From assembly GCF_036321535.1 (NCBI RefSeq), contig NC_087436.1, forward strand, positions 72,480,001 through 72,544,000: DNA of 64,000 bases, given 5' to 3'. Below, one piece after another: positions 50,591 to 63,370 of this stretch. The translations under genes were made by a program, and so were the position numbers. The DNA is from Camelus dromedarius (Eukaryota). The notes under the pieces are model-generated. The model was not told the DNA's origin. It was given only the letters and a program-made list of their open reading frames with translations, and searched no databases. Positions within the stretch are counted from its first letter, which is position 1, and each line of letters opens with the position of its first letter.

Positions 50591-53479
50591 ATATAGTTGA
50601 TCAGTCTGGCTCAAAATATCAATGTTTTGTGTTAGATGATTACAAGGTAGCTCAAAAGTCCAGCTTTGGTATAAAAGAAGACCTAACACTGAAACCCAGA
50701 GGTTACAGCCACTTTGAAAAAAGCTGATGGAAATTGGCAAATGCCTCTGTTAGACAAGCTATTACTAATACTGTGGTCATAGTGCCACACATGTCATTTC
50801 AGAAAACAGGTAGAACCACTGATGGTCACTATGATATTCCTACCAGTGACCCAACTGCCACCTTGTTGCTTACCACATGGTCAAGATGCTTACTGTAAAG
50901 TCTAGGTCTTTGAAATCAGGTCAGTCTTTAGAGACATTCTTTTTAAAAAAGTAGGATGTTTTCGACACTGAATGATCTACCTTTATAGAGAATAGTTAAA
51001 GCTGAAGCACAAAAAAGCTGTCTGCTGGAACAAAAGAAGTGCCTGATGCCTCTGTAAGTCTTTCTTCTTCTTTTATACTTAATGATGAGATTTGTTGTAG
51101 TTGTTTCTCAGCTTTTAAAAATAAAGCTATCTATGGGAGGACAGTATCATCTTCTAGTGTCTTGGGTTGATTATGGCAGATCACTGAGATCAAGGTCCTG
51201 CCAAGACATTTTGAGGATACTCCAAAACAGCCTATCTAGTTTACAGATTGGCCACTCTATCATAGGAATGTCCCAGTGGCTTGAGGAAAAAGGACTGGGG
51301 AGAACAACAAGAGTAAATAATACATTTTTGTGAAGGAAGTCATGAAAGGAAGATAGTTTTAGTCGTGTTGATAGAGTATTAGAAATACCATGACAGTGAT
51401 CCCCACTCCTACCTACCAAAATGGAAATTGGCAAAGATGGCTAACACCATTCAAGGTCAGAAAGGAGGTTCCTCTGGTGGGCCATAGACAGAGTTTGTAG
51501 AAAACAATTTCAAAATTTCAGCAGGTGACTGATTGACTATTTGGATTCACTGAAAGTCATCTAAGTGGTACGAGCGGTATTTTTAGATATTCACATCTAT
51601 GAGACAGATAGGGGGAGATACAGATTTGATTTAACATAAGGATAACAGTCACTAAAGCAAAAGAAAAAAGGCTCAGCCACCTTATTCATACAGAGAGTAT
51701 AGTAAATAGGTAAAGGAAGTCTTTGTAAGTACAACTCACCAGCCTAATGAAGCCAACACAATTCGTATACAAATGTGATCACAGTCTCATACTCTTGTCC
51801 CCAGTAAGGCATCAATCCTGTCTGTTCCATTAATACCTGACTAGAAGCCATGATAATGAATGCCTTAATATGTGCAGAAAACTTGTAGAAACCCCAGGAA
51901 TCAGGCAACTAGGTAAATGCAAGAGAAAGCATAGTAAATTGCCTCTGGGCCACCTGACTCCTTGTTGCCTTGCAAGAATTCAGTGGTGAGCCATTCAGTT
52001 GCAAGGAGCCCTTTACTCTCTCTCACTCATCATGCTCTTAAGTGTCATTTTTTATATCAACCACATAAGAATGTGGAGTGTTTTCCATATTGCTTCCTGA
52101 GTCATACTTTTCTCCAGTCTTATGCCAGTCAGGTTTTTCTGGTTGTTATTCATGTACTTCATTTTCCTGAAGCTTGTCTCTCCTTCATTACAGTGGACAT
52201 GTTTGAGAGAGGTCATGCCTAAATGGACTGCATTTAGAAGCATGGGAAAATCTCCAGGCATTTAATTTAGACAATTACACATGGATTCTAGGAGGCTGAA
52301 ATTCCTATGAGTGGGACAAGGAATTTTCCTTCTGCTGCATTGCCACAGATAAGGAATCATCCCTTTTCCTTTGGGAGAAGGGAGCTGGTTTTAAAAATGA
52401 GTTGTAGCATTGTTGGAAATCTGACATGGGCTTAGAGTACTTCCTTGAAAGAGACAGAGAATTGAACAAAATACAAAGGGAAATAAAACAATACCATAGG
52501 GACCTGAGATATCAATTCCTCTTCTTCCACCCCAAAATAGACTTACAAGGCACAAATATATTCTTTGACTTTGCCAGAAGATACAATTTCCAAATGGTAG
52601 TAGCAACATTAATTATTTTTAGTTACATATGAAAATTCCATTATTTGGGAATTTTGGAATAGTGTATAATGTACTGAAGCAGAAATTCACTATCTGCCTA
52701 AGAATTAGTGAGTCTTCCTAACAAAAGTATCTTAGATGAAATTGGATTTTTAAGCCCAGGCCCTGGGAATCTGGGAACATAGAGTTTCTAGAGGAAATAA
52801 TGACACACAACACACAAACCAGAGACACCCTGTCATGAAGCATGGGTTGCTGGTGCCAAAAAGTTAATGATCACATACTTCTTATTTTATTCTTACATTA
52901 ATTGTTAAAAGGCATTTTAATTCCCCTTATGTTGCTATAAGTATCCTTAATTAGTAATATTTCCACACCTTGTGACCATGTGTCACACTGGACTTTTTTG
53001 AGGCACACACATAAACTGAATACATACTTTCTTTCAGCATCCCTGCCATAACCTCAGATTTTAAACCTTGCTCCATACCCTATTGTTCCTTTCCTGACAC
53101 AGAAAGATGGTTAACTTCAAGTAAGAAATGATGAAAATAATGTCAAGCCAAACCTGTCTTATTTCTTCTCTTTAGAAATCTGAATTCAGTAACATGATAA
53201 AAAGTAGCTCCCTACCTAGCAGAGAAAAGGAAGCCCAGCAGATTAGATTTAGATTCCAGGCTGAAAACCGATTTCTTGAATAAAAAAATTTAATAGCATT
53301 CAAAACCCTGAAACTTTATGAAACTGCAACATGAATTTCTCCTTTATTATAATTTTCTTCTGAAAATTATCTTGTAGTACACATTTTCTCTCCAATTTCT
53401 CATCTTGCAAAACTGGTTATTCCTAAATATATAAATAACCAAGTTCACTCGCAGAAGTCTTTTTAAAAGCTTATTCGCA

Positions 53480-54750
53480 GAAACCATAGCTGCCATCACC
53501 CATCCTAAGCGTCCTGACCCCTCACTGTGGGTTCACGAGGCCCAGGACCACCTCCCTCGCCTCATCTCTTTCTACTCTTCATTTCCGCTAGGTGCTTTAG
53601 TCATGGTGAACTTCTTTAAGCTCCTCCATTGAGTCCGCTTCATTGTCAAGTCCAAACCTCCTTTGCTTTACTATTCCGTATGCTTGCATTGCCTTCTATC
53701 CTTCTTTCTTACCCCCTTAGACGGCCATAAGATCTTGATGCTTTTATGTCACTTTACAAATATTTCTCTGACCCTCATCTGATTTCTGTTTGTCTTTGAG
53801 GTGCTCCCACAAGAACCAGCATTTATTACCATCTTAGCATGTCTTACTTTGTGTGGCTACTTTTGTGTTCTCCCTTCTCTCTGCCACAGATGATAAACTC
53901 ATCTCATTAGAAAAATGTACACAGTACAGGCAGTTTCCCCACCTGACTTACCCTGCCTCCAAATATATGTATTTTTCCACCTTAACCATTGCTCTTAGGT
54001 TAATACTGCAAATTTGTAGCATTATCTGCTAGGCTCTCCATGAGCCAGACTATTCCATGTCATCTCCTGCAACTCCTCCCCTTTACTTCTACACGTCAGC
54101 CCCACTGGCCTTCTTGCAGAGTTTGCAAGAGTTCATGCCACTTTCCACCTGAGGGAAGCTTCTGCCCACCTTCATCACAAACACTGTTCCCCCACCAAGA
54201 ATGCTGTCTACTCCCCACCTCTCATTTTCACCTGGAAAAGTCTGATTCATCCTCAGGTTTCTAGACTTAGCATAGATATACCACATATGCTCATGCTCAG
54301 TGAGGTCTTCCCAACACGCCACAGTGCAGTAAGCATTTCATTTGTAGAACATTTCAAAACCTTAGCATAAGGAATCCTTAGGAAGTTATATTTGTAATAT
54401 ACATCTCCCAACTAGACTGTAAATTCCAAGGAACAGTGCCTATGGCTGTCTTTCTCAAGAAGCTGTTGCTGTGAATCCACCTGGAGCAGTTTTTAGCATG
54501 TGTAGTAACAGCGAATAATCAAGTTAGGAAAACATGCAAAGACTGAGAAACAATGTAAGACAAGGATATAGGGCCAGATAATAAAGGATCCTAATTGCCA
54601 TGACAAATAGTTTATATTTTACTGAAGAGACAGTGACGATTCATCAAATGTTTATAAGCTGAAATGATCTAATATATGCTTTGAAGAATAAATCTGGCAG
54701 CAGATTATATGGCTAATAAGGTGGAGACTGAAAACCAAGAGACCGTTACA
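53480..54750. mobile_element. Cluster of L2 fragments in both orientations
   Basis: ctcagtgaggtcttccc, actagactgtaaattccaagg and aaatctggcagcag-type L2 motifs. Confidence 0.5.
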
Positions 54751-56774
54751 GTGGATTATCAAAAATGACTACACATATCTTCTGTCCTCTAGGCAATGTG
54801 ACTTTGCCATTCTTCCTATTCCAAGCCTTTAAATTTGAGCTTGATCACATGACTTGCTTTGACCAATGGGGCACGAGTAACTATGATTCAAGTATTTGTA
54901 TGTCAAACAGAGAATAGTAAGTACAAAGGCAAATCATGTGTCTAAAATGACTGACTTTAAATGGTAATATCTTTTCTTTCTATACAACTGAACATACACT
55001 CTCTCACAGTCTAAATTATGCTGGTAGAGCATTATTATTTTTAAGGAAATCTATAGAATTTACTTTGCAGGGCCTAAAGTCTACAGAGAGTCATTCAAAT
55101 ATATTGTCATAATCATTGTTGCCTTTCCTCAAAATATTCTTATTTTCAGAAACTGCTTTAAACATCACCAAATCATTTCCATATAAATCTCATTCCCTAA
55201 GGTAAGTTCCATGCAGATGATAATAGGATTTTATGATTGTTTTATTTGCCTCCATTACGGTTTCAGTAACTCTGAAATCATGTTGACTTTATGAAATTGA
55301 ATTTAACTCTGGTTTCATGAAAGCACAAGTATCAATCAAGATACAATACCTGATTCTCATACATACAGAATTTTTGGTATTTTCCTTGAAACACACACCC
55401 ACACTCTCTCATAGGATATAAGTTTCTGAGTAGAATTATTGCCTTAAAATTCTTCTGTAATTATTTTCAGTGGAGCATATAGAACACCTTTTTCCCACAC
55501 ATAACAGGATTAATCTTTAATAGCATTATTTCTATAAGCAAGTGCTAACCCTTGTCTGCCCTCAGACCAGCCAATGAAAAGTTATTCTGGTGATATAATG
55601 CTTGTTAATTTACTCTCTTGCAAACAGGATTCGGGAAGATGACTTAAAGAGCATCAAACATGTATTGAATTTAACTCTTTCTCACATGACTAATTTTAGC
55701 TCATAAGCCACCTCTGGTACTTCATAAACACGTTGCTTAGGACAGCCCTGAAATAGTTATGCAAAATCATTAGACTAGAGAATTTCTTTTAAGCACTGGT
55801 ATCTGTACCCATCAGCCCTTTCCAATAATAATTCCTCATCTTTCTTGAGAAAGCATTTACTTCTGTATCCTGGTCCTTATGTAAATAGACAAAGAACACG
55901 TTAACACTAGCCAGCAGCAGATAAACTGTCCCAGGCATAGATTCTCATGAAAATCAAATCAAAGGGAATAGAGTTCTTACATTTTTTAAATCAAATTCAA
56001 CTGTGAAAAATCAAAATCAAAATCAACCTGTCAACACTATGTACAAACTTCATTTTCACAACTGTCTACTTTATTCCAAAGATAAAAATACTTGAAACAA
56101 GTGTTTGCATAACCAGGTGTGTTCACAGTGAGGTCATCAACTTCTGCTAATGAGTAATTTACAGGGCTCTGTTGATGCAACTAAATGCTTATTAATATCT
56201 AGAGAAGTCCTAGCCTAGGTCAAGTGAAGACCTATTACCCATCACACAGTCTAATTCTAGTCTAAGTGATAGACAAGATAAATGTGTGTTACTTTTCGGC
56301 AGTAAAGTGTGCAAAAATGCAAGACACAGAGCTACAAATTTCAGGCAGGTGTTATTTCACGCAACAGCCCGTTCTCATTCCCTATTCCTCCACCCCAAAC
56401 TTCACTTTTTGAGCAAAAGAATACAGTAGTATGCATGCTGTGAAAAACATAATTTGGAAGAAGAAGGTCATAATACCCGAGCAGACCCATGGTTTATCTG
56501 ATCTGAATCTCACCCAGGAAGAAAGTAACTCAGACTACTAAGTCAGCTGTAATTTGAAGTGCTGGATATAATTCAAAGATGATGAGCCATGAGTACTCAT
56601 AGTACAATTGTCAGAAAATTACTATATTAGAACTTGTCCCTCTTTGTCTGTTTTTCCAAAATATCTCCCTAACCTTTTGAGAAAACTGAGTTAATTTTTG
56701 GCACATGAGCCTTTCTTGGGACTTTTCTACTTGTTCAAGTTATGGTAATATAGTTGTATTGGGATGGGGGTGGA

Positions 56775-56980
56775 ATTATAGAATCACAGAATGATTCAAA
56801 CCTGGCTGTGAATGTATCTACAATATAGGAGAGTGGTAGGTCATTTTAACTTCAGTGAGCCACATTTTCCTCATCTATTAAAATGAAATAATAATTAAAT
56901 ATTAATTATTAAAGTCATGTGTATGAAGTTCTTGGCAAGTAGTGAGTATTCAATTAATAGTAGCTGCAGTTATTATTATT
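56775..56980 (+). mobile_element. MIR
   Basis: tcattttaacttcagtgagccacattttcctcatctattaaaatg..tagtgagtattcaatta. Confidence 0.65.
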
Positions 56981-58241
56981 TTTCCATATGTACATAATTC
57001 CAAACCACTTCCCTCTTCAAAGTTGAAAACCAAATTACATAAAAAATGATTGTATACCCACAATAGATTCCCAATTTAATCCACCTTTTGATTGTGAAAT
57101 AAGCCATTTTGTTTTCCAGGGAAGATTGAGTTCGTACTTGATTCATAATTTACTATACTATTCAGTAGTATTCTATCTTTATTAACATTTCAAAGTTAGT
57201 GCTTTACAAGTTTATGATTTTATATACTATCAATGTAAGTAATAGTAGTGTAGTACATTTCTTCCAGAGACCTGCTGAAATTTTTAAAGGCATTACTTTT
57301 CTAATCTTATAGAAAAGGTCCTACCTAGAAGGCATTGCTCATGCCATCAGGTCAGCTTATTAGAAAGTGAAAAATGCAGTTTGTCACCCTCAAGCAAAAA
57401 AAGTAGCTTGAATTTTTCAGTAAATTAACTTTAAATTGTTTTGATGTTGTTTGTATCTAGTCAAAAGCACCGACACATTCCTGCAAATTGACTTTGGATT
57501 TTAAATATCAAGGGCTAGTTAATTTGCTTTATCAAAATTTACTGAATGCCTCGGAGCACAGAGCAGTTCTAAGATTAAAAAATGACAGCCACCACCACAA
57601 AGAGTTTCTGCCTTCTAGGTGCTGGTGTCTAGTTAAAGGCGCAGACAGCACAGTGTGGTAAATTCCATAATAGAGTCTGGTATAGAGTGACTGGAAATAG
57701 ATGGTGGAGCTTTTAATTCAGTGTTGGAAGGGTAAAGTTTCGAGAAAATTTATGGACAGGTAACATTTTATTGGCTTTTAAAGAATAGTAAGGAGTTTCT
57801 TATTTGGAGAACGTAGCAGCGTATTCGGGAAGCAGCGTATCCAGGTGGAAGGAATAGCAAGAGCAAAGGAAGGAAGGACTGATAATTCATAGCTAGCTAT
57901 TTATGAAATGGCTGTTGACCTAGTCTAGTGTTTCTTCAGCACAGAGTGCATTGAATAGAAGAACGGCAGGGAAAGGACATGCTTAATATTTCAAAAATAT
58001 TATCTTCCAAATCACAGTGTTCTTTTCTTTGTTGTGCACCATGAGAAGATTCGTGATACACACTAGCAGGATATTTTTTGATGATGACTTCAAGCTTATT
58101 TAGACTTTTCTTCAGGTAAAATAATATTTTCCTATGATTTAAAAAATGATTGCAGTATACTACTTACACTTAAAGTAAATGTAAATTTTACAAACTGTAG
58201 TTCAAGAAGGCAATATAAATTGTACAAAAATAATACTTAAG

Positions 58242-58451
58242 TGGGCAGGGTATAGCTCAGTGGTAGAGAGCATGCTTAGCATGCATGAGATCCTGGGTTC
58301 AATCCTCAGTCTCTCCACTAACAACAACACACAAAAAGAGTAACTCATTAGTAAAATGAGGATGCTAACATCTGGGTTAGGTGCCACTGTGACTTAAAGA
58401 GGCAACAGAACACCTGACACATAATAAAGGCAATTATTAAATACGCTAATT
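58242..58451 (+). mobile_element. tRNA-derived SINE (Vic-1-like) with an extra ~115-bp 3' segment
   Basis: gggtatagctcagtggtagagagcatgcttagcatgcatgagatcctgggttcaatcc (A and B boxes); perfect 16-bp TSD aaaaataatacttaag at 58226-58241 and 58452-58467. Confidence 0.9.
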
Positions 58452-59170
58452 AAAAATAATACTTAAGCTCTAGAAAACATCTACTGGTTTTATTCCTGAA
58501 TTAATATTTCAAAGTCAGTGCTTTACAAATATGTGATTTTATATATTAATGCATATATGAGCAAACTTGTAAAAGGCAATACATCTAAATAGCATGTGAT
58601 TAATAAGGTCAGAGTATGCGTGAAAGAAGTATTGTCTATGCTAACTTTGTACGAAAAGAGTTATCTGGAAAAACTTCATTGTTCTTATTCACACGGTGAA
58701 GCACTAAGCCAGTAAGTAGGTCAGTGCGTGGAGTCATTCACCTGTAATATTGTGGGTGTAAGAACATTCTTAAATACAACTTGCTGAAAATTCTCTGCCA
58801 TTTTCTTTAAGTATATTCACTGAAGAAGTCTTCATTCATACCTTACAAGAGGACTGTGTGCGTTTTGTGTTTCAGATAATTTTAATATGTTTAGTGATTC
58901 TTATTAGACTTGGACTGGAATGCATTATCCACATATATACATGATGCTGCTGTTATAACAGGAACATTCTAATGTAACGGAACTGTCTTTATCCTGTCTC
59001 CACTCTGTGATCAATATTATGTATTTTAGAAGTAGCTAGCTGGGATTACACATAGTTGGATCAATCATGGGTTATAGATTTTCATCATGTAAGACTGAGC
59101 TACATGGAGATTCATTCTACAGTGTTGGCCTTATTGTGTTCTTTCTATACACACTGGATATCATACACAG

Positions 59171-59171
<1 letters not shown>

Positions 59172-59202
<31 letters not shown>
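59172..59202. repeat. (GT)n microsatellite
   Basis: About 15 GT units. Confidence 0.95.
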
Positions 59203-59205
<3 letters not shown>

Positions 59206-59278
59206 AGTCTGCTTCATTCTAAAAATGATGTGAGGTTGTTAGGGTTCTATGTGTAGTGCAGAAAAATCTTCTATATTC

Positions 59279-59612
59279 TGTTAATTAAACAAGGAGGCCA
59301 TTAGACTGAGGTGGTTCTAATGCCGCAGCTGCCTGCATGAGCAAACCAAAATCTTAGCCTGTAAATGCCTCAAGGTTATAAAATAGAAACCTAAGGACAA
59401 CCAATCACAAACAGCCAACTAGGCTTTAAGCTATAACCAATCAACAATCTGCTTGCTTTGCTTCCACCTTTTCTCTGTAAGTCACTCCCTGCGCACCCGA
59501 TGGTGGAAGCCTTAACAACTACTTCAGGGTTGGCGCCACCCCATTTGAATCCATTTTTGCTCAAATAAACTCTTTACTTTTTTTTTTAATGCCCTCAGTT
59601 TATCTTTTAACA
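59279..59612 (+). mobile_element. Solo ERV1-type LTR
   Basis: tgttaa..ttaaca ends; two ccaatca boxes; gctcaaataaactc poly(A) motif typical of MER4-group LTRs; no clean TSD. Confidence 0.75.
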
Positions 59613-59688
59613 TTTAAGTGCGTTTGAAAATATGAAATTCTTAGAAAAAATAAAAAAAATAAAGAATACTTTCTGTTTCCTCCACCAG

Positions 59689-59801
59689 CTGTTCAGAAGA
59701 AGGCTAGCTTTATCACACCAGTTCCCGGAGGCGTGGGACCCATGACGGTGGCGATGCTTCTCAAGAACACTCTTCTGGCAGCAAAAAAAATAATTTACTA
59801 G
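59689..59801 (+). CDS. MTHFD2L: MTHFD2L last coding exon, ending at the TAG stop
   Basis: ttcctccaccag|CT GTT CAG ... ATT TAC TAG. Encodes (A)[36 protein letters not shown], with the [12 protein letters not shown] signature; the KKIIY* ending matches MTHFD2L rather than MTHFD2 as I recall them. Confidence 0.96.
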
Positions 59802-61060
59802 GTCACATGACAGCACAAAGCAAACTGAAGCCATGCTGTTTATTTACTTGACAAAAGGAAAAAACCTTTATATTTTACTACAAAGCTATTTCTACACTGT
59901 ATTTATTTTTTTCATGGATGGAATCATTGTGGGTCAGATGATTCATACAACTTAATGCATTTCCTCCTAATATTCACTGAATATTTGGAGTGGGTTTTAA
60001 TTTTAGGAAAAAAACAAAGCAATGACAATGAAAACTTTAGTAACAGTTGTTTACTTTGTGAATAACATTCGTTCATAATATTAAAATAATAAAGGGCTCA
60101 CGATAAGTGCATATATTTTTGGCACAAATATCTCACATAGTATGTTTTTAACAAACGTTTTGTCAGCTAAATAGGCACCCTTGTAAAATGTGATTTAGGT
60201 TTTGCTGTAATCGTGCTCAGTTTTTATATATGTTATGTTCTATATTGTATGCTGAAAAAGAGCTTACTTGCTAAAAGAAAGATAAAATATTAAAAATAAA
60301 ATTTTGATCTCACATTTCTCCCGAATGCATCAGTTGAGGCATCTTAACGAGAAATGATGCTCCCTTCAAGGAAAGAAAATATTCAGGGAAGGCAAAAAAT
60401 GCAGTGTTACTTGGGAAAGTATTAGGCATGTCAAATTGTGAATGACTACTTGCCATTGTAGAAATGTAATAAGAATATGTTAGGTTTACATGTAGTTTCC
60501 TTGTTCTTCTAGAAAAATATATGGACAACACCTTCCTTGAGGAATAATGGAAAATCCAAACATAAGCCAATATACAAAACAAAATGAAGGTTGTATTTTC
60601 CAACAAATATCAGAAAAATATGCTGTAGTATGAGCATGAACTTCATTCAAGAATAGACGTTATGTTTGTTCACAAATCTAGAAATTTCATAGGAAAACAT
60701 GCACTTCCAGTATGCCAAAACTAAACCTTAGGATGTGACTGAAAATCTACTGCTTTGTTGCCCACAGTTCTTCCCTCTTCTCTTATGGCATTTGGTTTTC
60801 AAAGTAGATGCCATGTTTCTAACACGATTTAGATTAGAAAATACATATGACTGTCAGTTGAAGGCTATTTTGAGACTACCCTGGGCACATAATTGTATTG
60901 TTTTCATGCCCAAATCCTAGTGTGTTTATGTGCCAATAATGATTCGTACCCAATGCATGTCCTTATTAGTGTGTATTCTTGATCATTCTTGTGAAAATAG
61001 ACTAGATGTTTATAATTAATATTTCAACTGTATAATAAAGGTAATTTGGAAAGGAATACC
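59802..61060 (+). other. MTHFD2L: MTHFD2L 3' UTR (end inferred)
   Basis: AT-rich sequence with no recognisable repeats after the stop codon; ATTTA motifs; AATAAA at 60088, 60295 and 61034. Confidence 0.65.
61034..61039 (+). terminator. Probable main polyadenylation signal
   Basis: AATAAA preceded by TGTA and followed ~20 nt later by a GT/T-rich tract (tgtcttcttttt). Confidence 0.6.
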
Positions 61061-61466
61061 TGTCTTCTTTTTCCTTAAGCTATCTATCTATAAGTTTCTT
61101 TTTTCATGTGGTTGTTATCTATTTCTTCACAGCATGCTGGGGAAATGCACATTTCTCAAACATGAAAGAAAAGGTTCTATAGCCCATTCCACACAAATCT
61201 TTGCCTAGTAACCCTGATAGAAGTTTAAATCCAAAGCTCTCAAGCAAACATTTCAGAAAGGCCCTCTTTAATTTTTAAGTGCCCCAAATTCCCAAAACAA
61301 ACATACCAACCCAAAATAAATGTACAAGGAAAAGGCGAAGTCTGTGATTTTGAGCTTCCCCTCCCCCCACCCCAAAATGCAAGAGGAGTTGTTTTTTTTA
61401 GATTTTTTGCCCCTTTGGCAAGGCTAAAATTCAGGAGTGAGCCTTTCCAGAGACTAATTAAAACAA

Positions 61467-61910
61467 TGTAAGAGAAAAATTATTCTAACGTTTGTTAAAA
61501 ATGTAAGGAAGACTTTATTTGAGACTATTGCAATGGGGTCAAAACTATCGCAGTAGGGGAGACTGAACTCAACTCTGAATACAGCCAAGACAGCTATGGA
61601 TTGATAGCCAATGAGCAGAGTGAGGGAATCAATGGATGGAAAACTAAGAGGAATTTGATTAGATGTCAAAGGTAGAGGGATTCTTGTGAAACTAGCTTAC
61701 CATGATTCTTGATAAGGTTAGGCCAGCTATCAAGGGTAGGAGATGAGGAACTTGATCAGATATGACAGAGCCAGAGGGATTCTCCGTAAACTAACTGAGC
61801 AGATTTCTTTGCTAAAACTGGGCTCCGCAGGCAGGCTAAGTCCATGCCTAGTTGAGAAAGGGACTCAAAAGAGCCTAAGTAAAGCCTGGCCAAGAAGGAA
61901 GCCTTTGCCA
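61467..61910 (-). mobile_element. Solo LTR (MER31-like)
   Basis: Minus strand: tggcaaagg..attgcaatagtctcaaataaagtcttccttac..tttttctcttaca; TSD acaa/acat. Confidence 0.75.
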
Positions 61911-62199
61911 ACATACAAAGGAAATAAAGTTGGTTCATTGGTACCATGACTTCATTTATACATACTTGGGGGGGTGCATAAAACATAGACATACAATTGC
62001 CTGGTTGAGGAGCTTTGAAGAAGTAAGTACCCTTCTTCTACAAGTATGTGTAAAAAGGACCCTGAAGAATTAATGGAGATTGAATAATATGAGGATATGG
62101 AGGTGAGAAAGAGTTCCGCATATATGTGTGTATTTTTATATATAAAAGCAAGGGTTACATTCATACTAAAATGAAAAGTGTTGGAGAGTGGTGGAAATA

Positions 62200-63140
62200 C
62201 AGCTGGATAATAGAATAATAACAGAAACATATTAGAGAAATCCTGGATAAATCAGAATTTAGACTACATTTAGTCAGTGATGAGAGCTGCAGTTACAGCC
62301 TAGAGGATGTTATCACTGATTAACAGGAGGAAGTTGTAAAGAGGAGCTGATTTTGGAGAAGAGATAATATGTTCAGTTTAAGACATGTTGAGTTTGAGGT
62401 GATGACATAATTCATAGATTAAAGTCCTGATGTAATGTCAGTCTGGGATCAGAATAAGAATTCATGGCTAGTGATGAAAATTTAAGACTCATCAGCATGT
62501 ATTAACCAGTAAATTCCTGACCTGTTTGCTGCCCATTGTACACACCCTGTGTCTTTCTACACTTGTCCATTAATAATAGCTGTCCTTAATTGAGCACCTA
62601 TCGTGGTCTAAATGCATTCTTTTTGTTGTTGTTGCTGTTATTAACAATCCTCATTTGATACGTGAGGAAATCGACACAAGATTATTAAAAAGTTTCAGTC
62701 AAGGTCAAATGGAGAGTAAAGGTCAAACTAGAATTCAAAAAAGTCTTTTAGGATGATGGGAGCCAGAACCCACTCTCTTTTCACTATATCACTCTGCCTC
62801 CCCTCAGTGCTTGGCCCACCCCTACCTGGAATCCTTTCTCTTACCACTGGATTTCTAAATTCTACTCACTATTTCAGATTCACTTCAATGAAACTTATCC
62901 ATGAAAAATGATGTGAGAGTTTGACTGAGTCCCACCCTCAAGCTCTCATAGCAGTTTGCACACATTCATGATAGTCATTCTTCTCTACCCAGCACTGCAT
63001 TTATATATGTACTTTCCTTACTCCCCGAATTCCTTGAGGTCAGAGTCCACGCATGATTTGTCTGTTTGTCTTGCAAACAATACACCCAGCCTAGTGCCAT
63101 GGATATTATAGGTAGTCAATATCTTATGAATGAATGGATG
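62200..63140. mobile_element. L2 and MIR fragments
   Basis: gttcagtttaagacatgttgagtttgaggtg (L2), taattgagcaccta..tgaggaaatcga (MIR), ..ttatgaatgaatggatg (L2 3' end). Confidence 0.6.
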
Positions 63141-63259
63141 GCAACTGAATCCACGAGCATTACAGAGTAAGTTGAGAGAGAGAGAAGCAATGGGCTGAAG
63201 ACCATTTCCTGCCAATGTCCAGCAACAAATTTTGGTTGTTAGTGAAAGAGCAAGAAATA

Positions 63260-63370
63260 AAGACAAAAAAAGGAAGGAAGAGAGGGAAGGAGAGAAAAAG
63301 AAAAGGAAGAGGAGGGAGAAGGAGAAAGGAAGGAAAAAATTAACTTAAGGGGAGAGAAGGGAAGAGAAGA
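63260..63370. repeat. GA-rich low-complexity tract
   Basis: Purine-only gaag and ggag runs. Confidence 0.8.

Noticed and set aside
51082..51434. Overlapping ORFs in apparently unique intronic DNA
   Set aside because: No recognisable motif or convincing splice-site pair; cannot be supported without a database search.
58242..58318. tRNA gene
   Set aside because: A and B boxes are present, but it has a TSD, an A-rich tail and related copies at ~17450-17520 and ~2950-3000, so it is a SINE.
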